Assembly: GCF_026571515.1 (NCBI RefSeq)
Contig: NW_026852073.1
Location: forward strand, 124,001 to 188,000
Origin: Ruditapes philippinarum
Taxonomy: Eukaryota
DNA: 64,000 nt
Direction of reading: 5' to 3'
The notes beneath the pieces were generated by a model. That model ran no database searches. It saw nothing but the letters and a program-made list of their open reading frames with translations, and was not told where the DNA came from. Shown piece by piece: positions 27,026-39,000 of this stretch. Both the position numbers and the translations under genes were made by a program. Each line of letters begins with the position of its first letter. Position 1 is the stretch's first letter.

Positions 27026-29231
27026 TTTAGGATAACCGATTATTATGGCATTGCTGTTCTTGTATATAGATTATATGTTAAATCATGACTTTAACTTAAT
27101 TATATGTATCACAAAATGTTTTCAATGTCTGTGAATATCTATTTTATATGAAATTTAAGAAATATTACACCTAGAGCAGTTTACACTTTTCATTTTCATT
27201 ATACATATAAATAACCTTTAAATAAGTATTTACAATGAAGGTAAACTTTAGAGGCTGATCCAAGATTTCCGTTTAAGAGAAAGTGAAGTCAGGAACTGCG
27301 TTGCTGTGAGTGAGGGTAGGTAGGATAGGGGGTCTTCCCTGACATTGTTCAGTATCGGAGAGCTCCTCCTTTAAGGTTTGCATAATAAAAGTAAAACATA
27401 CGTTCTTGAGTATTTGGAGGTTATATATTGCATTCAGACACTTAACTGTGTTTCTATTAGCTTGTACGAGATCAATTTTCTGAGTCTGTGTTGTCAATAT
27501 CCCCCAAATTATTTCCATTTTTATCAGCATCAAATGATAAAACGTGTAAAGTTATTATCAAATCTATAGTACCACTTTTGGTCCATGGTATATACAAATA
27601 CATGTATTATATTTTTGGTGTTTGTGTGGCTGGAAACCGAGGAGGGAGGGTTGATAAGTCAATTCTAAATATTTGGAACCAATACTTTTACACAAGTATT
27701 AAAGGACGGACGTTGATGAAAGTATTTTTGCATTAACTGGTCCTATAAAATGAATCTGGAAGAAAATTGTATATGTTCCCATCAAACAAAAATCACACTG
27801 GGAATATATAAATATCTGGAAAAAAGTGATCCCGAAGGCCGCTTTATTTTTCTAAAAAAGAATATTTAACCAACGTACAATTATTGAGAGTTCTGAAAAT
27901 ATTCAAAGTTTTGTAGCAGTTGTGAATGCCTGATTTCAAATTTTCGACATTTTTAAAGAGCAACGTTTCAGAGTACACTATGAAAAGCAATATAATTAAG
28001 GAGGGGCGAGATTCAATGAACGCATCCCCAAGAACACTTGCCCGTTAAACACGCGATGATATGGTATATTCGAATGAAAATTACAGGAAATGAATATAGT
28101 GAGACATTTAGCAAGGGAAATTCCTTTTTTGTATGAAATATTTTTGGTTCTCTATAAAAGCAAATACGAACACCTATACTAAGAAACATGAAAGCATAAT
28201 TTCGAGGAGACTTTTTCATAGAATAGCGGATGAGTCACTCGGTGAGCACTACAATAATGTTGGTTTGAATATTCAATTTAAAATCCTACAAAGACTTTGA
28301 ATTCTGCAACGTGATGAGGTAATCTAGAAAGTTTACGGCTGCTTAACTCACACGCTCAGTATCGTTTTACTGAGATGACTTGAGGTCTTTTCCAACCAAT
28401 CAAATGTAAGTAACCATATATCTATTACGTATCGTAATGTATAAGAAAAACGTATCAACACTGGATATTGTTTTCAAGAAATAATGTTAATATCTACCTA
28501 TTTGATTTCAACTTCAGCCATGTAGTTTCACCAATTTAGAACTTCTTTCAGGTTCGTAAGAAAACCACATTACTTCATATCGTGCCTTAACTAACCAATG
28601 CAGAAAAACGTCCACGTTAGAATAAATATGTTCATCATTTAGCGAATTTGTAACACAACTAAAGATACCACAGCATAAGATCTAAGAATGGTTTTAAATA
28701 ACAAATCACGTTTATGTTCAAAATACACATAGATTTAAATAATAACAAATAATTACATGTAAAATTATCAATCGTTGTTCAAATTTGAATTCTTCTAATT
28801 CCCCTTTTAAATGACATATTTTGACAGCCATACAAACCATCACATACTGCAAGTGCAGGAAAATGATTTTTTTTTAATATTTAAAAAATTGATTTGCAAA
28901 TGCTTTTTCTTTTAAATTTAATGTCTAATTTTTTTTGCTACTTTACTTTTGTATCCATCTTAACATTTGTAATTGCTCAAGTGTATAGTGTTTAAATATG
29001 TTTTCGTTTCTATATCTTATTATAGTTAAGGGAATGACAGTTACTAATATTGCTTGAACTTGTTGTTCAACACTTTTGCGCTTTGTTAAAATGTTGTTTT
29101 GTGAAAATAATGCGCTTAAATTGTATTCAAAGAGCAATAAAATATTATTAAACGTTCATTAATTGTCACTCAGGTACACTATATATTTATTCGTGGCGAT
29201 CAGAACAATTTGTATAAGATACAAACACCGC

Positions 29232-31490
29232 ATGGGTCATTCCACTTGGGTCATTCATTCATTGTATTTTTATTTTCATGGTTTTGTCAAATAAGAGTGA
29301 CAGAGACGGACTTTAGTAAATACATTAACATGGACATTTAAAACGGGAAAATATGAACAAAAATAAATAAAAAAAATACTTTGAATTAGATTTACAATAT
29401 CAATAATAAGTGCGATATTTTGCAGTATTTAAATGGTTTGTTTGTTTGCGTTTTTTTGTTGTTTTTTTTTTTTTCATTATAGGGTAATTTTACACAATAC
29501 TTTTAAAAATAATCAGAGTGAACAAATTTTGTACACAAGCTTTTGGTGTAGACATCTGGAAACAAAGTGATCCCTCGGAAGCATTTATCACTACAAAATT
29601 ACATGAAAAATTGCAGACTACATCAAACGGTATAAAATCCCGGACGATGCTTTCATTCCTTAATGTTAAAAATCCTCAGTGTCCGTTAGTCATTGAATAA
29701 CTTCACATCAAATATTCTTCTTCTGCATGCATTACTTTGTGATAAAGCCATGGTACTCGTGTGTATCACTCAACGCCGATGTTTATTTACACTTGAAAAT
29801 ATCTTCTGTTTTTCACACTCCATTTTACACTAACATAACAAAAAAACAAAAGTTCATTCCAAAAGACAAAACATCACCTATGTAGACATTTTAACCAAAA
29901 TTTCAATGAAATTCTTATTTGGAAAGTTGTGCTATGACTGTATAATAAAAAGAGTATGATATGTGTGATATTATAATGTAGTAGTAATAGATATAAAGCG
30001 TATAAATAGAAAGATAATTCTATTCATTGATTAGATCAGTGCTCTAGACAGAAGGATTGAAGACAAAAAAGGTAAGTTCGGAAGGGAATTGTTATTTTAC
30101 AAGTGTATTTATTTGTTTTCAAATCGCAAAACGGAAACGATCCTTTAATTTGTATCGATATTTTAACATAACATAACATAACATGATTATGTATAAGCAT
30201 TGGCAGTCCATGTCTAGATAAATCAAATCTGTCTGACTATGGCTACTGTCGCGATAGCTCAAGGGGTTATACAACTGACTGTCACTCCTGGGATTCCGGC
30301 TTCGATCCTGGGTAACATCTTTGGGATTTGTTCAGTGTTTCCCACCTACCTAGAGGTATACTGTTAAGAAACCTAGGTAATCCTCGCATGTATCAATGGT
30401 ATACAGAGATAGGTACATGTAAAAGAACCATGTTGTCTATTTAATAAGAGCTAGGGACTTTTTCCCGGACAACCTTGTATCTCATAGCTATCTCAGAATT
30501 TTGCTGAGGTAAGGATCCTACTGGAAATAAGTGCTTGCACTTCGTAGATTAACCTTGACAGCCCAGTTTAAAGAAAATTAATCAGTTTTCAAGAAATATA
30601 ATGCATTAACTTCAGCACTTATAGACATGCAGCGGTGCGTACTTGGATACATGACTAGCGACACATGCCACTTATGTGGACCGTTGTCGCTTAATAATCC
30701 GAAAAAAGTATTTAAAATATTTTTTAATGAATGATTATTTATAAGATGTGTGTGCATGCGCCGTTGTAACATTCCGTATACACTACATTTAGTTCCGATT
30801 GAGAACATGTAAATAGCCTGTGTTGGCAAGGATGGATGTATCTTGAAGTCTTTGCACAATCGTAAGCTTCTCATGATGTATTTTTTAAAAGTCCAATTAT
30901 ACCATAATATTCGTTGCTTGATTTTATCTTCGCATTTTTAGAGACACGTTCTTAGCCTTGATTTAAGTACATTAAGTTGACATCTATGTATAATTATAAT
31001 AACTTGTACGTGTCGTAAAATATAATTTTTAAGTAGTTTTGTTGTTATTTGTTTTTCAAAGTATTATAATATCAAATGTTCTCTTTTTTCCTGTCATTGG
31101 TCTAATAATTCAAAATTAACATTTTTATTTCAGAAAGAAGGTTGCATTCTCAGCTAAACAAAGCTATTGTAAAAGAACGAAAGAAATAGCGTTTGATGAA
31201 GTTATAATATTATATAGTTACGGTAGATGATACGTCGGTGATATTTACAGCGCCAAAATTAGGAATTTACTTGTTTATATTTTGAAGCAGCAGGTTCAAG
31301 TAAAGTCCGGTGTCATTAATGATAGATTGTTGTATCACAACTCGAGCTATTGCAAGAAAAGATTACGACATTATTGTTTGAAACTCAGGGATATGTTATA
31401 TTAGGATATGTGAAAAGGTTTGGGTAAAGAGATTGCTTTATTTTTTATTACATATGGTCTTACAGGACAACATTTATATTGATTGTCTGA
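29232..31490 (+). pseudogene. C1qDC pseudogene (remnants of all three exons)
   Basis: Exon 1 remnant ~29232-29320 (ttttcatggttttgtcaaataagagtgacagagacggactttagt), exon 2 remnant ~30008-30071 ending at G|GTAAGT, decayed gC1q exon ~31134-31490 (aaggttgcattctcagcta; atatttacagcgccaaaattagga; cttacaggacaac) with stops and indels. Confidence 0.82.
30245..30570 (+). mobile_element. Degenerate tRNA-headed SINE
   Basis: tagctcaagggg (A-box-like) and ttcgatcc (B-box) followed by a GC-richer body. Confidence 0.45.
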
Positions 31491-31602
31491 AGTAATGATG
31501 TCAAATAAGAAGTACCATACACGATTTCTGCCATATGGCAATTTTACAATATGACAACATAGTTCATGATACAATATTTGATTTGGCACAGAAAAGTCTC
31601 AG

Positions 31603-31874
31603 TTTGTTTGTTTTGGGTTTTACGTCACATCGACACAGTATAGGTCATATCGCGACGTTCCAGCTTTACTGGTGGAGGAAGACCTCAGGTGCCCTTCCGT
31701 GCATTATTTCAGGCACGAACGGGCACCTGAGTAGAACCACCGAAGTTCCGTAAGCTAGCTGGATAGCTTCCTCACATGAAAGAATCCATGTCCCTGTCGG
31801 GATTCGAACCCACAGCGGTGAGGGGCAAGTGATTTGAAGTCAACGACCTTAACCACTCGGTCACGGACGCCCCT
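31603..31874 (-). mobile_element. Full-length tRNA-derived SINE with 11-bp TSD
   Basis: On - strand: A-box gtgaccgagtgg, B-box ggttcgaatcc, (CAAA)n tail; TSD AAAAGTCTCAG at 31592-31602 and 31875-31885. Confidence 0.9.
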
Positions 31875-32289
31875 AAAAGTCTCAGATATTGTTCAGTTGT
31901 TATAAATCTGTCAACTGAGTGAAACCATTTGCAATGTAAATTGTGGTGGTGTTTTTTTTCTTCTTTGTTTTAATGTAAAACAATATGTGAATATTGATTA
32001 TGTTTAATTATGACTGCACCGAAATGGAGCAATGTATATTCAATTTTATTCTATAACAGACAACGAAAATTGCACAAAATTTTGCACGAAAATTGCACAA
32101 AGTCATGTCTAATCAGATTTCATGGCAATAAAATATTTAGAATTTCCCACCAAATTTGAAGATTTAATTTTTTTATCAATTGTGATAATATAATCATCTG
32201 GATCAATTTAATGTTTACCCTTGAGTTTATATTTCTAAGTATACTTTTCGTTGATTTCAAAATGTCAGTTCTTGAAACTTATATTAATC

Positions 32290-32425
32290 ACTTTCCAGTC
32301 CGCGTCCTGGAACCAACCAGTACTGGTGTCCTATGAAGAAACATGGTTGTGACCCGATTAAGGCTCGAACCTATGATTCCTGGGTTGAGAAGCAGACAAC
32401 TTAACCACTATGGTACTGCTCCCCA
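32290..32425 (-). mobile_element. Second tRNA-derived SINE family
   Basis: agtggttaag..ggttcgagcc..accagtactggttggttccagg; similar copies at 41497, 58800 and ~40-130. Confidence 0.7.
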
Positions 32426-33039
32426 TAATATAGATTGCATGCATATTGCAATCATTCAAATGTTATGTCAAGGTCGGTAACTGCTATTTAAACACGCTTA
32501 TGTAGCCAAAACGAAAATTGACTCACTATGGCATGACGCTGATGTCACAAGAAGTCTTCCTCAAGCTAAGAACACTGAAGTAGCTAGGCAATAAAAACCT
32601 CATAGTCATAATAAATAATGCTGACACATTATGCCTAAGAAATAAACATTCATTTCTCTCTGTAGAAAGGCCAAATATGTCTTTTATAATGTTAAAATAA
32701 AGGATCTAGAACATGTGAGAAGATTATCAAAAGAAACAAATAGCTTTGAATTTGAAGAACACAAAAGAAAAGTATACCAAAATGTAAATAAAGTGATATG
32801 TTGACTTTCATATAAAAATTAATCACTTCTTCCTAACTCCTGCCCCGAACTGGACCAAGAGCCCAAGAAACTTCAGGTCAGCAAATCAAGAAACCATTTT
32901 ATTTTGAAATTGCCAAAACAAAAAATGTAAGAAATATATTATTTGTGATTTAATTGTATAGTCGTTAACATTACTCAGAAACGTAAATATATATCGTTGC
33001 AAGTTTTTTTCTCACTCCAATATGTGCTTTAGTATCAAA

Positions 33040-36000
33040 TCAGCAAATAGTGTTACCAGTCGCATCTGAAATAAAATGGAGTTAACATTAATGCTTAATT
33101 TAAATGTTCAACAGAGATAAATAAATAAAACTAACATTTCAAAAAAGATGTACATAGATTTGATAATTAAATTGGGGATAATCTTAGAGTTTTGTTCATA
33201 TGCGGGGTTCTAGAGTGTTAAAATCATAAAATATATTTCTTTGTAGCAAGGACAATTTGTTTTTCTTTATAAATAACCACTTGGTCATACCAGTAGTAAA
33301 GGTAGATATATTTTAATAAACTTGGTCATTCATTGCTACGGAGAATGAGTTCGATTGTCTTGATTGCTTGATAATAGAAAAGTATAATCAGAGGAAGAAA
33401 AGGACATGTTTATGTCAAAATCAATTTCGCAGATCTACACGTATGTTCTTATCTAAAAATGGCTGTGGTTCATCAACAAATATTTCATGATTTCTTTTTT
33501 CAAACACCAAAACGTAAAAAGTTTAGATGCAAATATAAAACAAACAAACCTACATTAAATATCCGTAATTAATTCAATGAGGAATTCGACTTGTATCAGA
33601 GGAAATGACACACCATACCTTTTAAGACTAAACTAGTTTCATCTGCAGAATGTTTACCAGCGCCATCTGGAACACAGCGGTAAGTGCCGGCGTTGTCACA
33701 TTGCGTTGATGCTAAAACTAGCATCAGTTGACCACTGTTTCCGGTAATATAGCTTAATTCCGTTATTCTATTAAATCCGGTGTTAGTCTCTCCGTTCAGG
33801 AAGCTCGATATTATGGTACTGTTATCCTTGTAAATGACGATATCTGTCAAACCATCAAAGTCTTTAACTTTACAGATTAGGGTTACAGAATCTCCTATCT
33901 GTATTTGATCAACAAAGTTGTCAATGTATATGTCTGGAAATATATTTCAGAAAATGACACCTAGTGCTGATTGAACTCTTTATTTTCGTGTACTTATTCA
34001 ATCGAATAATAATTATAAATAAAATTACCTACCTTCTTACAGATAATCACAATGAGAGTAAAATTCCACAAAAGTAAAGACGCGCCCAAAGAAAGCCGCC
34101 CATGTACATGTATATACGCAACTTAAATAAATTGTTTCAACTATATAATTATGGTGATTACGTGTCAAGTAATAAAGTTTAAAAAATAATTTGATTACTG
34201 TTTGGGACAATTCAAGTTTGCAGTTAAAATTTATTCAATTATTATAAACTTGCTTTTTCAATATTTCTTTGATAATGTTATAAAAACACTTATATAACTA
34301 ACCTCTTCAATGTATTAAAGGGACTCCACTGAGGTTTTTTGACATGATGGGACTGAAAATATTATTCCAGATAATTCTACCATTTGTTGCAGGTTTAGAC
34401 CACAAACCTTTGTGCAAAATTTCAGATCATTCGCGCAGTTCGTTTTTTCCAGGATAATTATTCAACTTGTAAAAAATGACCCAAAATGAAAAGCGTTTAA
34501 ATACTTTTCACTCAAAACCGTAAAAATACGATTTTCAATTTATTTCTTAGTATATTTCTTAACTATTTTTGCATATATTTCTGTTTAAAGTGCCCCAGTT
34601 CATTTATGTAAGAAATTCAAATGTTATGTTTTTAGGCTTTTAAACCTCAGTGGAGTCCATTTAAGAAGCTTTTGTATAAATTTGTAACATAATCCTTTAA
34701 ATATACATGATCAATTTTTTATACGAAAACTGAAGCCACATATTATATAAGTCTTTAAATTCCTAGAATTACCTGTCACGGAACATCCGCCTATCGTTTT
34801 ACAAGGATAACACGTCGTCTCATGAAAGCAATTACCTTGCCCACAACCTGCCGGCACACCCGACACATCCCCGCTGTGGCACCCGACAAACATATTACAA
34901 TGATAGGGGTGTCTTAGGACTCCAGTATAGACCTGGTTTTGAGTGCAATAGTTTTCTAAAGAAAATTTAATATACAGGTAAATATAAACAAAGGGAATCA
35001 ACATTAAATAAATGCAATATCAACACCCTAACAGAACATCAAATTACTAAGGCACAGCGTAACGACACACGGCGGGGCACTGCAAAAGGAATTGGGCAAC
35101 GAAAGGGCATAAATGGACAGATGTAAAATAAAAATAATATAAATATCATAATAAGTTAAAATTAAGAAAAACAGAATCTCTAAAGAAAGTGCAACATGAC
35201 AAAATTGAAAATGTTGCAGGTTCGGTTTGAATAAGCCTGTTCACAGACGGTACTGGAAAGTGCAAGTTACCATCCACGCCCCCTAGCACCGGCATAAGCA
35301 GAACTCAAAGTTTAAGCCCTTATTACAGCATCTTTCTTCTTAAAAATATACTATACTCAAATTTGATATTACAAAATATGGATAATTGTTGCACAGTCTC
35401 TTTGTACATAAACAAGTAACATAATTATTTAGACTTCACATAAAGTATAACATTTTGTTTAAAATCCTACACACTATTGGTGGTCACAATATAAATATAT
35501 AGTGTCATTAAAAATGTTGCTGTGTCTATGGAAGTTACGTTCATTGAACGCCGCCTTTCCTTGTTTAACATATTTTAGGTAAAGGAACAACCCATACATA
35601 TTTTATTTATTTTTTTTAAACAAATTAGACATATTCATTTATAGATTTCAATAAATTTCTGTGATTCATATAGTTTACTCAGGGATGAGTATAATGCATC
35701 TTTAACATATTTTTTAGATCAGGGCTATCATGCTATCATGCATCTATCCATAAACTATAATCACTTGGAAATATATTCCAAACAACCAAACAATTAACTT
35801 TTAAATGTTTAATAGGGAAAAATATTAAATGTTCAAACCTGGGATAACCTCTATGACTTGATTAGAAGACTCGGCTGCCTTACCATCCATCAGAGCTTGT
35901 GACGGTTTAGATATACATTTCAAAAGTTTGTTGTGATATTTGGCCGTCGCAGTGTTTATTCGAAATTCAATGACTCTCCTAGTACTACATTGTCCATTGT

Positions 36001-39000
36001 TTTCTGTGATACTTGTTATTGAACCAATTTCGTTCTTGTCATATTCATTGTCTTTCTGTGATAGAAACACTGTAAAGTTTGAGCCCTCGAAGTTACTTTC
36101 AATTTCAAGATAACCTTTCGGTGCTCCTATTTCTCCAGTGCATTTGAAGTTTGCAACATATCCGTTCATACCATTATATATGATCTCCAGTGTTGGGATC
36201 CCAGGCTGTCCTACAAGATAAAGAAATATGGTATATATTTATCATACCTGGACACAGTGTTGTTGTTGTCGTTGTAGATTGTTTTTTTTTTTGGGGGGGG
36301 GGAGAGATTTTTTTCTTTTTCTTGCTTATTTACCCCTTATGAAAATTTTACGTATTATAGAGTACGCCTATCAAGTATATATTAGAAAACAAGCTGTACA
36401 GGTGAATATATTATTAAAGTAACGCCTGTTCCGTTAGGTACATTCGGAAACTCTTCTTAAGCTCTGGAGCGTACGAGGAACCTTTGACAGATACACGTTA
36501 CTTTTTTTGTGTTATATAAGGAAAGGCTGTTTTTGTTTTACAATGTTAAGATATGTCATTAATCTATTCAATAATATATAAATGCCTCTACATTATTTAA
36601 CAATTGGTAAGAAAACAAAACAAAATGTATATTAGTAATATTTAGAAACAAAAGATGAGCGAAATTTAGTTATTTCCCGCATACAAAACTCGCCATATTT
36701 TATCTTGATCTTTTCTTAAAGCTGCATGCCTCCATATCAGCTTACAATATATCAAGTAAATCAAACATGTTGAAGATCAAAGTAATAATTTACATTAATT
36801 TTGTTATGCGATTTATTAAACTGTTTTTCGAGTATTTGTCATTTTATATTTCGGCTGCATTATTAACGCAAAAATGTCTCTTTTTGGTAATTTACGTGGA
36901 TTGTAAGTGCAAGTGTTACTTTAAGTGTTCACTTATCTACATCGAGCTTTCAGATACATTTTTCTAATGTTTCACGAAAAATTAGCATGAATTTCATGAC
37001 ATGCTAAATTAAATTCAAACACCCTTGAATAATAATTGGAATGATTTACATTAATATCAAGCTTTTTGCCAGCATATCTTATCATTTGAAGGTTTGTGTT
37101 TTGAAAGAAACTTACTCTGGAACATGATGTCAGTAAGAATTCTGTATCCACGTGTCGTTATTTATCCGCACAGCAACTATATATTCTACTTCGCCAACAC
37201 TACACAAGCGTCGCTGCAGTTCACCGGTTCAAATGTCAGGTCAAAACTAACTGAGGTAGTTTGTATGTGTATTGGCATCACACGGACATGTTCACCAACA
37301 AAGAAATGTTCATCAGGTGTATCTATGTCGATTCCAGCAATAACTTCGCCACCATCTCTGCACATTCTGCGAACCTCTATCAAATTCCAGCCAGTAATTA
37401 AATCCAGTGTAACTGATATGGCGGCAGTTTCTCCCGATATCAAAAGCGGAAGATAATGTTGATATGCTGACTGTAATAAAAGAATAGAAAAAGTCCAACT
37501 TCTCAGCTCTGATTCCGGAAGAAACAAGCATATATAAATATCTTTCTTTTGTCCTCTATTTCTTAAAATATTATAAAAAATATCTGTTTAAAAAAACGTT
37601 TTAGAACTGTCCATCTTGAAATTAAATCAAAATACAAATTCAGAAACAATGTTGATATTTCATGCAATCCCTATTTCTACAGTTTATCTTTCAACTCAAT
37701 GTGTACAAAAAATAATTGTCATTTTTTTCACAGCTAAATAAATCAATATACCTATTGGTGACACGATATTTAGTTGTTCCTCTGGTGAAGATATTTCTGT
37801 TTCATCATGCATGAGAATAACACATCGTAAAAATGCCTCTTGCATGGAAATATCTGGTATCACTAATGACACGATACTTTCTTTTATCCGACAATTTTCA
37901 ACAAGTGAGTAATTTTTAATCGACGGGAGGATGGTAAAAGATGCGGCATCCTGTAAAATATGGAAAATAAGAATTCCTAAAGAAATCCAAAACTGCAATA
38001 TTGAAAATGTTGTAGGCTCGATTTTCATGGACGGCATTGTCAAGTGCAAACTACCGTCAACGACCCCTAGCACCGGCTTTAGAAGAATTCAACATAGAAA
38101 TGTTAAAATTTTGAATATAAACCTTCCGCATATGTGTCCATACGACGGTTATCATGGTGCCATTCCATGAAAAGCAGCGTAAGATCCCCAAATAATAGAA
38201 AGCGTTTGCCTTGAACGAGAAAACAATTAGCGAAACTAAATAAAATGGAATTTTGAAAGGGGGTCAGAGGTTATGAAGCCTTCATATCACAGAAAAGACG
38301 TCAAGAAGGCCAAAGATAAAAAAATTGCCACAGGCAATGTTATGTTGAAACATTTCAAAATTAAAACAATTTGCCAGTTTAAAACCAATTTTACAGTTTG
38401 TAACTCTTAACAAAGGAATTGAAACTATTTACACCTTTTTTTAAAGTTTTCTTAACTAAATAATGTAAATATACTTATTAATACTTTTTCAAACATTCTT
38501 AATTTAATATGTTTAGTTCAATTATGCTCATTTCTGACATGAAATTGTATAACCTATTCTAAATCAATTTCATGGCACTGAATCTATATATGGGTACAAT
38601 GCAATCAACGTTATGCCCAATAAAACTCTAATAACATTTTTAATTGAAATGTACAAGTATTAGAAAAAAAATGGCTAATATGTTAATCTTAAATAATGCC
38701 CTGACACAGTAAAATCATAAAGGTTGCATATCGTTTAACCGTACAGGCTATGGTTACTGTAAAACTTGATAAGCAAGGGCGACAAGGAAGGGTGGCATTC
38801 GATGAAACGCACCCCAAAACAGGAGAACCAGCAACAAACTATGAACAGACGCCAAATAGGTCAGGACAACTTTGTTAATAAATTATTCAGAATAGGAAAA
38901 TCATAATTGTAAACCATCCTTCACAGACCCCCTCCCCTGCACCGGTTTACACTATAATTCAACCTTTCAGTTAAATGTATCATACAAATAATATACCTTT

